DNA of 64,000 nucleotides from Tepidisphaera sp. (GTDB lineage: Bacteria > Planctomycetota > Phycisphaerae > Phycisphaerales > UBA1924), in assembly GCA_050916045.1 (NCBI GenBank), contig CP051526.1:288001-352000 (forward strand), read 5' to 3'. Shown here piece after piece: positions 47,006 through 57,123 of the stretch. A program made the position numbers and the translations under genes. The notes beneath the pieces were generated by a model, which worked only from the letters and a program-made list of their open reading frames with translations, had not been told where the DNA came from and searched no databases. How positions within the stretch are numbered: the first letter of the stretch is position 1; each line of letters opens with the position of its first letter.

Positions 47006-47458
47006 TCAGTTGGCCGCGGCGAGCGAGGTTTCGCGGATGAGCTGCAGGAGCAGGATGAGTTCGTCGGCGAGGGTTTTGCTCGTGAGGTCGAAATGGGTCC
47101 AATTGATGGCCGCGACGGTGGGGGCGTTGCCGATCGCTTCGCGCACGGTTTTGGAGAGCTTGCGGGGCGGGAGCGTGGCGAGGATCCCGGCGGGAACGGG
47201 GACGCACACCCCGGGTTTCGCGGGGTTGGGCACGACGTACGCGGCTGTCCGGGGGCCGTCGGTGTAGGTGAGGGCCCATCGCCAGGGGATTCCCTGCCAG
47301 GCGAGCGATTCGGTGAGCGCGCCGTCGGAGACGACCGCGTCGCGGAAGCCTTCGATGAGGGTCGCGGCGGGCTTGGGGATCTCGGCGAGGAGCGCCGCGA
47401 TGGAAGGGCGGGCGAACCGGTCTTCCCACAGGGAACGAGATTTGGTGAGCAGCGGCAT
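47006..47458 (-). CDS. hypothetical protein (possibly DUF3788-like)
   Basis: Coding-like frame from MPLLTK; W....W...Y...P pattern; the family call is by eye only. Confidence 0.6.
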   Translation of the reverse strand: MPLLTKSRSLWEDRFARPSIAALLAEIPKPAATLIEGFRDAVVSDGALTESLAWQGIPWRWALTYTDGPRTAAYVVPNPAKPGVCVPVPAGILATLPPRKLSKTVREAIGNAPTVAAINWTHFDLTSKTLADELILLLQLIRETSLAAAN

Positions 47459-47557
47459 GGAATCTCCCGGTGGGATCATTCGAGAGTGGGCGGCCGCAAT
47501 CCACGACCTAGAACCACCTACAGTTGGAAGCTTCTTTTTCTGGCTGCCGGAGCACTC

Positions 47558-48052
47558 ATGACCACGCCGAATACCCCCCAGACCCCGAACGCCGCGCCCG
47601 CCACCTCCACGACCGCCCAGTCGCTCGCGGGCGCGAACATCCTCGTGGTGGATGATCACGAGCAGAATCTCGAGCTTTTGTCCGCGTATCTGGATGACCT
47701 GGGCGCGGAGATCCGCCAGGCGCGGGACGGCGTGGAAGCGATCGAAGCCGTGGCGCAGCGGAAGCCGGACCTGATCCTGCTTGACGTGATGATGCCGCGG
47801 ATGTCGGGGTTCCAGGTGTGCGGCAAGCTGAAGTCCGATCCGGCGACCAAGGACATCCCGATCGTGGTCGTGACGGCGCTCAACGAGGTCGCGGACGTGG
47901 AGCGGGCGGTTGAGCTTGGGGCGGATGACTTCCTCACCAAGCCGGTGAACCGGCTGGAGCTGATGACGCGGGTGAGGTCGTTGGTCCGGGTGGCTCAGCT
48001 TCAACGCCAGCTTCAGCAGACCATGAACGATCTGCGTCGCGCGCAGGGCTGA
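47558..48052 (+). CDS. response regulator (receiver domain plus short coiled coil)
   Basis: ILVVDD, PDLILLDVMMP.MSG, VTA and GADDFLTKP. Confidence 0.92.
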   Translation: MTTPNTPQTPNAAPATSTTAQSLAGANILVVDDHEQNLELLSAYLDDLGAEIRQARDGVEAIEAVAQRKPDLILLDVMMPRMSGFQVCGKLKSDPATKDIPIVVVTALNEVADVERAVELGADDFLTKPVNRLELMTRVRSLVRVAQLQRQLQQTMNDLRRAQG

Positions 48053-48091
48053 ATTGGGGCCGAGCCGTCAATGAGCCAGGCTCGGCCGGGG

Positions 48092-49753
48092 TCAGCAGCC
48101 TTCCTCGTACGCGAGGACAAAGTCGTCGTAATCGAAGAAGTCGGCGAAGCCGTCGCCGTTGAAGTCCGCGTCCTGACCGGGCGGGCAGCCAAAGCCTTCG
48201 TAACAGGCGACGAAATCGTCGTAATCGAAGAAGTCGGCGAAGCCGTCAGCGTTGAAATCCGCGGGGATCAGCGTCGAGAACGCGTCGGGGCCGTTGGAGG
48301 CCGACGTGGAGCCGCTTGCGTTGGTCGCGACGACCGTCCACCAATAGGTGCCGCACTGCGCGAGGATTCCGCTCGGAACGGCGAAGGAGGTGGCGGCGAT
48401 CCCGGCTTGCTCAAAGGGGGAGGAGAACGACGGGTTGTCGTCGATGCGGACGGTGTAGGAAGCAGCGCCGCTTGAGGAGGACCACGAGAGGGTGGGCGTG
48501 AGTCCGAGGCCGACGCTCGAGTCCGCCGGGGAAAGCAGGGAGAAGGCACCGGGCGGGGTGACGGGCGGGGGCAGGATGAAGTCGGCGATCACGGGTTTGT
48601 GGTCGGAAGCGGTGGAGGTCGCGAGGGCGACGGTGGGGTAGCCGATCATCTCCGGCGGGTACGCGGGAGGGCCGCCGGAAGAGGAGACGTAGATGAAGGC
48701 GCGGCGGAGCGTGGCGACGGAGTCCTGCCAGAGGATGTAGTCGAGTTTGCTTGAGCTTTGGGTATTGCGGCTGCTTGCGTTGGCGTTGAGCGGGTCGCGA
48801 GCATCATCGAAGACGGAGTCGGTGCGGTCGCGGTCGGTGCCGTCGCTTGGGCCGGCGACGGCGGCGCGGGACATCCACAGGGCGGGGCCGTCGCGGCCGT
48901 TGTCACGTTCATCCTCGTTGAGGTCGCCGCCCCAGATCACCGGGGTGAACGAATCGAGGATGGTGGTCGCCTGGGGGAAATCGGAGATGCGGGAGCGCGG
49001 GTCGGGGGTGGAGGTTCCGCCGCCGTTGAACCAGTAGTCGATGAAGTATGCGATGTTCTGGGCGGCTTCGAGGCGGTCGGCGATGTCCGCGGCGGCGCCG
49101 CCGGACTTGAGGTGGGAGTTGCCGACGACGAGGTTTCCGCGGTAGGTGACGTCGGGAAGGTTGATCTCGGCCAGGGCCCAGCCGCGGATGCCGGGGCCGC
49201 CGCCGGGCGCGAAGAGATCGGCGGCGTTGGCGAACTGGTCATAGGTGGCTCGGCCGTCGCCGTTGAGATCGGCGAACGGGTAGCGCGAGAGGATGACGTT
49301 GCGGTTGAAGCCGTCGCTGTTGCCCGACGCGAAGACGAAGGGGTAGGAGAGGGAAGCGTCGTACTTGCGGATGTAGCTTCCGACGGGGGCGTTGGCTCGG
49401 AAGGGATCGGGGCCTCCGTCGACGAGGAGCCGGACGGCCGTGGCGAGGTTGGCTTGGGAGTCGCCGGAGCCTCCGGTGCCGTTCCCGGAGTTGTCGCCGC
49501 ATTCTTGGAGGATGACGACGTCGGGCTTCATGGAGGCGATGATGCGTGCGACGGCGCACCAGTTGTTGGATCCCTCGGCTTTGGCGCTCGTGGAGCAGAT
49601 GGCGTCGCGGACGTTCCAGGTCATGACGCGGAGGTCGGAGGCCTGGGTGCGTCCCCACTGGCCGGCGGCCGGGTTCCACTGCGCATGGCAGAGGGAGGAG
49701 ACGAGGAACAGGCCGGCGCAGGCGCCGAGGTGACGGAACGTGTGGCGGATCAT
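48092..49753 (-). CDS. secreted endonuclease/exonuclease/phosphatase-domain protein with FN3-like domain and duplicated GC-type dockerin
   Basis: Signal peptide; MTWNV, DVVILQE, HLK, GDLN, KLDYI and SDH; ends ADFNGDGFADFFDYDDFVLAYEEGC. Confidence 0.88.
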   Translation of the reverse strand: MIRHTFRHLGACAGLFLVSSLCHAQWNPAAGQWGRTQASDLRVMTWNVRDAICSTSAKAEGSNNWCAVARIIASMKPDVVILQECGDNSGNGTGGSGDSQANLATAVRLLVDGGPDPFRANAPVGSYIRKYDASLSYPFVFASGNSDGFNRNVILSRYPFADLNGDGRATYDQFANAADLFAPGGGPGIRGWALAEINLPDVTYRGNLVVGNSHLKSGGAAADIADRLEAAQNIAYFIDYWFNGGGTSTPDPRSRISDFPQATTILDSFTPVIWGGDLNEDERDNGRDGPALWMSRAAVAGPSDGTDRDRTDSVFDDARDPLNANASSRNTQSSSKLDYILWQDSVATLRRAFIYVSSSGGPPAYPPEMIGYPTVALATSTASDHKPVIADFILPPPVTPPGAFSLLSPADSSVGLGLTPTLSWSSSSGAASYTVRIDDNPSFSSPFEQAGIAATSFAVPSGILAQCGTYWWTVVATNASGSTSASNGPDAFSTLIPADFNADGFADFFDYDDFVACYEGFGCPPGQDADFNGDGFADFFDYDDFVLAYEEGC

Positions 49754-49794
49754 GGGCTCTCTCGCTTCGTGGAAGTGTCCGTTTCCGGACCTGA

Positions 49795-49827
49795 CAAAGA
49801 AGCCCACGGGCTTTCACCCGTGGGCTT
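49795..49827 (-). terminator. intrinsic terminator
   Basis: AAGCCCACGGG-N6-CCCGTGGGCTT 11-bp stem followed by CTTT on the minus strand, downstream of the 49873 stop. Confidence 0.7.
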
Positions 49828-49872
49828 GAGATCATAGGAACCGACGAGGTTCATCGCTTGTCAGCGAGAAAC

Positions 49873-51330
49873 TCAGGGGCAGCCCTCGAAGGAGTAGACG
49901 AAGTCGTCGTAGTCGAAGAAGTCGACGAAGCCGTCGTTGTTGAAGTCGGCATCGAGGCCGTCTGCGCCGCAGCCGTTCTCGAAGCAGGCGACGTAATCGT
50001 CGTAGTCGAAGAAGTCGACGAAGTCGTCGCCGTTGAAGTCGGCCGAGGGGCAGGTGACGTCGGGCGTGCAGATGACGCTGATGACGCCCGGACCGTCGAC
50101 GCCGGCGAGGTACGCGCCGACGGCGATGTAGTACGTCGTCCCGGCGGTGGCGGCGAAGGTCGCACGCGAAGCCAGACCGTTGCCGGCGCAGGCGGGGGTG
50201 CCGTCATCGCTGCAGGTGATCTGGTTGCCGCCGCACGCATCAAACACGGCGACGGCCGTGTCGTAGGTGGTGCCGCAGGTGTTGATCTCGACGGTGCCGG
50301 TGCACTCGGCGATGAAGGTGAACCAGATGTCCTGTTCAACGACGTCGGTCAGGCCGCATTCGGCGACCGCCTGGCCGCTGGTCGTGGAGAGGGTCGTGTC
50401 GTACGGCTGATCGAGGCCGGCGCTGATCGGCAGAGCGCCCGAGCAGTTGTCGTTGGCCGGCGGGGGCGGCGGGGGCGTGACTTCCGAGACGCTGAGCACG
50501 TAGTTGCCCGAGGCGCCGTTGAACCCGGCGAGGCGGACCAGGATCGTTTCGCCCGAGAGCATCGTGCGGCGGATCTCCGAGCGCAGGCCGGAGAAGGTGC
50601 AGCCGAAGTCGGAGTCGTCGTCGCAGAGGATCTCAGCGCCGCCGCAGGTGTCCCAGAAGCTGAGCACGGTGTCGTAGCCGACCGCGTCGCAGGTGCTGAA
50701 CCCGAAGGCGCCGTCCGAGGGAGCCGTGAACGTGAACCAGACGTCCTTGGCGGTGGCGGAGCCGCCGCAGGAGCCCGTCGCGTCGTTGGTGCCGCTCACG
50801 GTCGAACCGGTGTAGGCGCCGCCGACCACCACGGTCGTCGCATCAGCGCAGTTGTCGTTCGCGGGCGGGGGTGGGGGCGGGGTCGGCGCGGTGGCGAGCA
50901 GCGTGTAGGCGCCGGCGCCCGTGTTGTACCCACCGACGCGGACCAGGAGCGTCTCGCCCTCGGCCATCGTGCGGGTGATCGAGGACTGCAGGCCGCAGCT
51001 GTCGTCGTTGCAGACCACCGGCGTCAGCGAGCCGTCCGGACAGCCCGTCCAGAGCGACAGCGAGGTGTCAAAGCTCGAGCCGCAGAGGGAGATCACGTGC
51101 GCGCCGGCGACGGTCGCGGTGTAGCTGTACCACTCGTCGTTGCCGGTTTCGCTCGTGCCCGCGCAGTGCGAGGCGGGGATGCCCGTCGACGGCGTCGCGG
51201 CCGTCGTGTTGCCCGTCGCGGCGGTGCCGGCGAGCAGGGGGGTTGCGGTCGAGCAGTCATCGCTCGCAGAAACCGTACCGGCCATGCCCGCGGCAGCGAA
51301 CAAAGCCATAGCCAAACGTTCAAAACGCAT
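49873..51330 (-). CDS. secreted protein with three Cys-containing 'NDxC..A' beta-sandwich repeats and duplicated GC-type dockerin
   Basis: Signal peptide, RBS GGAGG; three repeats with D.W..F, CGS.FDT and C.DD; poly-Pro linkers; dockerin tail. Confidence 0.85.
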   Translation of the reverse strand: MRFERLAMALFAAAGMAGTVSASDDCSTATPLLAGTAATGNTTAATPSTGIPASHCAGTSETGNDEWYSYTATVAGAHVISLCGSSFDTSLSLWTGCPDGSLTPVVCNDDSCGLQSSITRTMAEGETLLVRVGGYNTGAGAYTLLATAPTPPPPPPANDNCADATTVVVGGAYTGSTVSGTNDATGSCGGSATAKDVWFTFTAPSDGAFGFSTCDAVGYDTVLSFWDTCGGAEILCDDDSDFGCTFSGLRSEIRRTMLSGETILVRLAGFNGASGNYVLSVSEVTPPPPPPANDNCSGALPISAGLDQPYDTTLSTTSGQAVAECGLTDVVEQDIWFTFIAECTGTVEINTCGTTYDTAVAVFDACGGNQITCSDDGTPACAGNGLASRATFAATAGTTYYIAVGAYLAGVDGPGVISVICTPDVTCPSADFNGDDFVDFFDYDDYVACFENGCGADGLDADFNNDGFVDFFDYDDFVYSFEGCP

Positions 51331-51589
51331 TGTGACCTCCATCGAAGTTACCCCGGGCAGGCCGGGGCGCGAGGCTTTCCTCGCATCTCTTCCAGTTCCC
51401 ACGATCCGCCCACTCGACGCATGAGTTGGGCACGTGGTCCCAATTTACCAAGGCCTGAACACAACTTCAATGGAAATGGTGTGGGGTCCCACAGAATTGT
51501 CACGGGAGCGGGCACGATGGCCGTTTCGGAGGCGGGCTCGAAGAGAAAATGCCAGTAAAAACACTGGGTCTGAGCCGGCGGGTGTGGGC

Positions 51590-51623
51590 AAGAAAAAACC
51601 GCCGGGCGGTGAAGCCCGGCGGT
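51590..51623 (-). terminator. intrinsic terminator
   Basis: ACCGCCGGGC-N6-GCCCGGCGGT stem followed by TTTTTCTT on the minus strand. Confidence 0.8.
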
Positions 51624-51666
51624 CGGAGTTTCTCGCGTTCACAGGGTCAGAGACCCTGAACGAGAC

Positions 51667-53181
51667 TTACTGGGGGCAGCCTTCGAAGGCGTAGACGAAG
51701 TCATCGTAGTCGAAGAAGTCGACGAACTCGTCGCCGTTGAAGTCGGCGCTCTGGCCGGGGGCGCAGTTGCCCTCGAAGCAGGCGACGAAGTCATCGTAAT
51801 CGAAGAAGTCGACGAAGTTGTCGCCGTTGAAGTCGGCCGAGGGGCACGACGCGGGCTCGCCGATCGTCAGGAGGTAGTTGTTGTTGCCGCCGCAATCGAG
51901 GCCGGAGAAGCCGTCGAGGCCGGCGAAGATGCGGTAGGTGCCGGCGGGGAGGTCAGCGGAGACCGTGACTTCCGAGCAGGAACCGGCCGAGGCGCCGGTC
52001 GTGATGACCGTCACGCCCGGGCAGACGTTGTCGAGGATGAAGAGGCGGAGGTTGAAGTCGGCCTGGCCGGTGACGGTCAGGAGGCCGCCCTCGTGGTTGA
52101 TCTCGTACCAGTCGGTGTCACGCGTCTCGAAGCCGGTGTCGGAATCGAAGAACGTGGAGGCCGTGCCCCAGATGTAGCTGTTGTTGGAGACCTGCTCGAC
52201 GGGGAAGCCGTCGATGTTGCAGCCGCCGTTGGTGTCGACGGTGGCGTCGGTCTGGCATTCTTCCTGCTCATCGACCGCCGTACCCGGGCGAACGAGCTCG
52301 CAGGGGGGGAGGAAGGTGACGCGGATCTGGCCGGGGCCGGACGCGCCGTTGAAGCCGGAAACCGCGATCAGGGTCTCGGCGCCAGCGGCGACGGGAATCG
52401 CGATCTGGCTCTGGAGGCCGCAGGTGTCGTCGTTGCAGACGATCTGGGCGCCGCCGCAGCCGTCGAAGGCGGCGAGAACCGTGTCATGGCCGGCAAGGTC
52501 GCAGGTCGTGACGACCAGCGTGCCCGCGGACTCGGCGACGTGCTTGAACCACACGTCGGGCGAACCAGCGGCCAGGCCGCAGGAGGGGGCGCCGTCCGGG
52601 GTCGCGTTGCTGGTGTCGAAGTCGTAGAGGCCGTCGGTCACGACGGTCGCGTCAACGCAGTTGTCGTTGCCGCCGCCGCCGCCGCCGCCGGACTGGGCGA
52701 CGGAGACCTGGCCGGTGATGAGGCCGCCGTTGTAGCCGGCGATGCGGATGAGGTAGTTACCGCCGGTCACGCCAGCGAAGGAGACCTGCGTCTGAAGGCC
52801 GCAGAAGTCGTCGAGGCAGAGAATCTGCGTGCCGCCGCAGCCGTCGAGCACCGTCAGGGTGGTGTCGCCGCCCGAGAGGTTGCAGGTGGAGACGGTCACG
52901 AGACCGTCCTGAGCGGCGGTGAACTTGAGCCACTGGTCAGCGGCGGTCTCCGTGAAACCGCAGGTGCCGGTGTAATCGTTCGAAGCGGCGGTCAGGTCGA
53001 AGGAGTAGGTGCCAACGCCGACGGAAGCGGCATCGCCGCAGTTGTCGACGAAGCCGACGCCTTCGGTGCCGCCGGGCTGCTTGGCCGGGGCGCGGTTGGA
53101 CGTGCTCAGAACCTGGGCCGAGGCAACGCTCGCCAGGCAACAAACGGTACCCGCGAGGGTAAACAGAACGGACGTCTTCAT
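51667..53181 (-). CDS. secreted protein, paralogous repeat architecture, with duplicated GC-type dockerin
   Basis: Signal peptide; two DNC..A / D.W.K / DT.L...DGCGG.QI.C.DD.CGLQ repeats, poly-Gly linker, a third distinct domain and a dockerin tail. Confidence 0.85.
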   Translation of the reverse strand: MKTSVLFTLAGTVCCLASVASAQVLSTSNRAPAKQPGGTEGVGFVDNCGDAASVGVGTYSFDLTAASNDYTGTCGFTETAADQWLKFTAAQDGLVTVSTCNLSGGDTTLTVLDGCGGTQILCLDDFCGLQTQVSFAGVTGGNYLIRIAGYNGGLITGQVSVAQSGGGGGGGNDNCVDATVVTDGLYDFDTSNATPDGAPSCGLAAGSPDVWFKHVAESAGTLVVTTCDLAGHDTVLAAFDGCGGAQIVCNDDTCGLQSQIAIPVAAGAETLIAVSGFNGASGPGQIRVTFLPPCELVRPGTAVDEQEECQTDATVDTNGGCNIDGFPVEQVSNNSYIWGTASTFFDSDTGFETRDTDWYEINHEGGLLTVTGQADFNLRLFILDNVCPGVTVITTGASAGSCSEVTVSADLPAGTYRIFAGLDGFSGLDCGGNNNYLLTIGEPASCPSADFNGDNFVDFFDYDDFVACFEGNCAPGQSADFNGDEFVDFFDYDDFVYAFEGCPQ

Positions 53182-53479
53182 TTTGAGTCTCCTAGGGACA
53201 ACACGAACGGACAACAACACCCGCCCATGAACCCTCACGGAGCATGGACAGGCCAACACGACTTGTGGGCGAGGAGGCGGCCCTCCCGCGAAAACACAAC
53301 GAGCGCGGCCGAAGCTGCGCCCAGCCCGGCAGTGCGCAGGGCTGGACGGGGGGAATGTATCTCATTTTCATCGGACCTGCAAGGAATTTCCCCCGGAATT
53401 TCAAAAAGATCGGATCCTTCCGACCTGTCTCCGAATGGGAGCCACCCCTCTGGCGGGGGCTGCCTCACGATCTGGGAAG

Positions 53480-53509
53480 ACACCGTCCGAGATCTCTCTC
53501 GGACGGTGT
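53480..53509. terminator. 13-bp perfect hairpin downstream of the 764-aa gene (terminator or RNA-processing stem)
   Basis: ACACCGTCCGAGA-TCTC-TCTCGGACGGTGT; weak U-tract. Confidence 0.5.
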
Positions 53510-53576
53510 GGTGATATTGTGGTTTCACAGGACTGGAGCCAAGGGACCATCGTCTCTTGCCGCCAGACCGGGGTGA

Positions 53577-55871
53577 TTAGCAGCCGGTTTCGAAGTTGAA
53601 GACGAAGTCGTCGTAGTCGAAGAAGTCGACGAAGTCATCGCCGTTGAAGTCGGCGGTCTTGCCGGGCGGGCAGGTGCCCGTCTCGAAGCAGTTGACGTAA
53701 TCGTCGTAGTCGAAGAAGTCGAGGAAGCCGTCGCCGTTGAAGTCCGCCGGGCAGGTGGGCACTTCCGGAGCGTCCATGTTGCCGATGTAGAGCAGGACGT
53801 TGTACTGCTCATCGAGGCTGCCGGGGTTGCTCGCGGGGTTCTGGTAGTCGCTGTCCCGGTCGACGTCGTAGACGATGCTGGCGGTGAGGACCAGGCCGCC
53901 GAGAGCCTTGGGGTCCTGGGAGTCGATCGAGGTCGGATCGGTGTTGTTCCAGCCGTAGGAAGCGCCGTTGTTGGACCAGAGCGTGCCGGGGGACATGCGG
54001 TTGGTGCTGGTGGCGATGTTCAGGAACTGAACCTGGTAGCGGACGCCGGAGTTCTGGCCCAGGAAGGTGTCGCCGAGCTCCATGAGGAGTTCGAGGCGGT
54101 AGCAGAAGTTCTGACGGTCGTAGACGGCGCGGAGCAGGGCCGAGTCGGTGTCGATGAAGCCGTTGGCTTTCTTGAGGCGGACGGCGGAGATGAAGTAAAT
54201 GTTGCCGGCGGAGTCAAAGGTGGGAGCGGAGATGGAGGGGCCGAGGATCGAGCCGTTGACCTCGAAGATCGCGGTCATATGGCCGATGGGCGCGTCGTAG
54301 GTGGGCGAAAGCGGGTTGAGGTCAAGGACATCGTCGAATTCGCCGGGGTCGTTGGTGAAGGGGGCGCCGTCGTTGCCGTTGTCGCCGTAGATGGCTTTGC
54401 CCGCGGAATCGGTGAACGCACCGGCCGGGTTGGTCCAGGCGGCGACGATCCAAGACCCGGTGTTGGGCTGGTTGGGGTTGAAGCGGTAGACGGCGATGGC
54501 GTTGTGCGGGCTTTCCTCGTTGGGCAGGCCACCGGAGTTGACGGACTGAACGCCGGAGACTTCGGCGGCGAGGAGGCCGTTGCCGGCCTGATCGAGGCCC
54601 ATGCTCACCTGGCCGTTGCCGCCGCGAGCGGCGACCGCGCCGGCGTAGTGGCGGAAGTCACCGGTGCCCAGATCCCAGGCGTAGGGGGCTTCGGGGGTGG
54701 GGTCGGCGAGGGTCGCGCCGGTGCCGCGGGGGAGGCCGACGGTGAAGGCGCTGAGGGGGGCGCCGTTGCTGGCGAGGCCCCAGACGGAGATGCTCTCGGA
54801 AGGCTGGCCGCCGCCGGAGTTGGCTTTGGTGATCATCGCGCCGGTGCCGACGGTGTTGGAGCCGCGGAGGCGGAGGGCGGAGTAGGCGACGCCGCCGCGG
54901 TGGTCGGCGGTGCCCGGGCGGTGAGCCGTGGTGGCCGTGACCGAGAGCGGGCTGGCTTCGTGGACGTAGTTGGTGGCGAAGTTGCTGCCGAGGGTCGTGC
55001 CGCGCGGGTCGGCCGAGCGGTCGGAGGGGATCATGTTCGGCGTGTTGTGGGTCGTGCCGCTGCGGACGACGACCCAGTCGGTCGAGGCGGCGTCGGCGGC
55101 GCCGTTGTTGTCGATCTGGTTGATCACCGAAGCGTTGCGGGCGGCGAAGGCGCCGGTCGTGAGCGAGCGGACGCGGAAGTAGTTGTTGCCCTGAAGCGAG
55201 GGAGTGCCGGTGGACTGGAAGTTGTCGGCGCGGAAGGTCACGTTGCCGCGGGAGTCGACGGCGCCCAGGCCGAACTGGCTGGTGTCACCGCCGGAGCCGT
55301 TGGGGAGGTTCACCGCGGCCTGCGTGCGGAGCACGTAGAGACGCGAGGGGTCGGCCGGGTCGAAGTTGACGACCGTGCTCACGATGCCGTTGTAGCTGCG
55401 GCCCGCGACGTCGGTGGCGAACTCGGAGATCGCGGCGCCGAACTGCGAGAAGCTCGCGCCCGACGGGGAGATCAGGGTGCCGCCGGAGTTGTTGACGGGG
55501 TGCGCGCCCGCGCCGGCGGTGTCTTCCCACACGCGGTACTGGCTGGCGGCCGGGGACTGGTTCTGCAGCAGGGTCTGGCTCAGCGTCTGGGTGCTGCCCA
55601 GAGCGTTGAAGACGGGGAAGCCGCCCGCGCGGAAATTCTGGTCGTAGGAGGAAGTCTTGGCGATGGGAGCGATGCCGAAACGCGTGCCCCAAGAGCCGAA
55701 CAGGCGGGTCATGTCGACCACGTACGCGGCGCGCTGATAGCCCGCGGCGGTGCTGCTGGCTTCGAGCGCATCGCCCGGAATGCCGGCGTTGACCGACACG
55801 CTGTCCTGGGCGAGGGCCGAAGCCGCCGTCCCCGCCACCACCGCCATCGAGAGCAGACCAAACTTCTTCAT
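53577..55871 (-). CDS. large secreted protein of unknown function with duplicated GC-type dockerin
   Basis: MKKFGLL...ALA signal peptide, RBS AAAGGA; ends CPADFNGDGFLDFFDYDDYVNCFETG.CPPG..ADFNGDDFVDFFDYDDFVFNFETGC. Confidence 0.88.
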   Translation of the reverse strand: MKKFGLLSMAVVAGTAASALAQDSVSVNAGIPGDALEASSTAAGYQRAAYVVDMTRLFGSWGTRFGIAPIAKTSSYDQNFRAGGFPVFNALGSTQTLSQTLLQNQSPAASQYRVWEDTAGAGAHPVNNSGGTLISPSGASFSQFGAAISEFATDVAGRSYNGIVSTVVNFDPADPSRLYVLRTQAAVNLPNGSGGDTSQFGLGAVDSRGNVTFRADNFQSTGTPSLQGNNYFRVRSLTTGAFAARNASVINQIDNNGAADAASTDWVVVRSGTTHNTPNMIPSDRSADPRGTTLGSNFATNYVHEASPLSVTATTAHRPGTADHRGGVAYSALRLRGSNTVGTGAMITKANSGGGQPSESISVWGLASNGAPLSAFTVGLPRGTGATLADPTPEAPYAWDLGTGDFRHYAGAVAARGGNGQVSMGLDQAGNGLLAAEVSGVQSVNSGGLPNEESPHNAIAVYRFNPNQPNTGSWIVAAWTNPAGAFTDSAGKAIYGDNGNDGAPFTNDPGEFDDVLDLNPLSPTYDAPIGHMTAIFEVNGSILGPSISAPTFDSAGNIYFISAVRLKKANGFIDTDSALLRAVYDRQNFCYRLELLMELGDTFLGQNSGVRYQVQFLNIATSTNRMSPGTLWSNNGASYGWNNTDPTSIDSQDPKALGGLVLTASIVYDVDRDSDYQNPASNPGSLDEQYNVLLYIGNMDAPEVPTCPADFNGDGFLDFFDYDDYVNCFETGTCPPGKTADFNGDDFVDFFDYDDFVFNFETGC

Positions 55872-56197
55872 AAGGATCCTTTCTGAAAGACCACCGTTTC
55901 GCCGATCGTCACCGTCTCACGAGACTCACCACGTCGGGAACCGCTTGAGGCGTCCCGCTGGTGTCGCTGATTGGATTTTTCGAACCTCTCTTCAGACCTC
56001 GGGCCGGGCGTCATCCGGCGACGCTAAACCCATTGGGCGCACAGTGTTGCGCTCGCTGGGTGGCGATCCTAGCCGGGGGTGACGGGCAAGACCAAGAGCG
56101 ACCGGTGAGGTGGGCGCAAGTTTCTTGGGTTCCTCGCGCTGAGGCCGGGGTTTGCTTGGGCTATCTCCCCCGAAATCGGAGTCCGGGCGAGAGGGGG

Positions 56198-57061
56198 TCA
56201 CATGGCGGCGGCGATCTGGGCGGCCAGGAGGGCGTTGGACCGGACGAGGGCGAGGTTGGCTTTGAGGGTGGCACCGTTGGAGACCTGGTGGAGGTGGCCG
56301 AGGATGGCCGGGGTGACGTCCCGTCCGCCGGAGCCGGCGGCGCGGGTTCCGGCTTCGGCGAGCCATCGCTCCCAGTCGGCGTGGTTGATCTCGTCGGCGG
56401 CGGGGATGGGGTTGCAGATGAGCACGGCCCGGCCGGTCCGGCGCATCTCGGCGGCGGCGTAACGGGCGAGGTCGGCGGTGTCGTCGAAACGGGCGTCGAC
56501 GGAAGCGCCCGAATCGCGGAGGTAGAACGCGGGGAACTTGTCCGTGCGGAAGCCGACGACGGGGACGCCCAGAGTCTCGAGGCTTTCGCGCGTCGCGGGT
56601 ACGTCCAAGAGCGACTTCACGCCGCTACAGACGACGGCGACGGGGAAGCGTGTGAGCGCGGCGAGGTCGGCGGAGATGTCCAGGGAGGCGGCAAAGCCCT
56701 TGTGAACGCCGCCTAGGCCGCCGGTGGCGAAGATCCGGATGCCGGCGGCGGCGGCGAGTTCCATCGTGGTTGAGACGGTCGTGGCGGCGTGCTCGCGGCG
56801 GTGGATGGCAACTCCGAGGGTTGAGGTGTTGACCTTCGTGACTTTGGGAGCGGCGAGGAGCGTCGCCAGTTCGTCCTGATTCATGCCGACGGTGGGGACG
56901 CCGTGGACGACGCCGACGAGTGCGGGGTGGGCTCCCTGTTGTCGGATGATGGCGTTGAGGTCCTCGGCGAGCCGGAGCGACTCTGATTTCGGGACGCCGT
57001 GGAGGAGGAGGGTGGTTTCGAGCGCGACGGCGGGCTGGATGACGCGGGCGTTGACGTGCAT
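56198..57061 (-). CDS. psuG: pseudouridine-5'-phosphate glycosidase
   Basis: VALETT...HG.P, ATTVS.TM, FATGGLGGVH.G, DISADL, SGVKSLLD, TRE.LET.GV and G.DVTP..L. Confidence 0.92.
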   Translation of the reverse strand: MHVNARVIQPAVALETTLLLHGVPKSESLRLAEDLNAIIRQQGAHPALVGVVHGVPTVGMNQDELATLLAAPKVTKVNTSTLGVAIHRREHAATTVSTTMELAAAAGIRIFATGGLGGVHKGFAASLDISADLAALTRFPVAVVCSGVKSLLDVPATRESLETLGVPVVGFRTDKFPAFYLRDSGASVDARFDDTADLARYAAAEMRRTGRAVLICNPIPAADEINHADWERWLAEAGTRAAGSGGRDVTPAILGHLHQVSNGATLKANLALVRSNALLAAQIAAAM

Positions 57062-57123
57062 CGGGTATTCTCCGCGGGGGAGCGGGCACTTGGGATCAGG
57101 CACCTGGAGTCAGGGTTTCGTGC

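Noticed and set aside
49795..49827. IS200/IS605 end or MITE
   Set aside because: A single hairpin just downstream of a stop codon with a U-tract is sufficiently explained as a terminator.
55872..56190. riboswitch in the long leader of the 764-aa dockerin gene
   Set aside because: Some hairpins are possible, but I recognised no conserved aptamer motif by eye.
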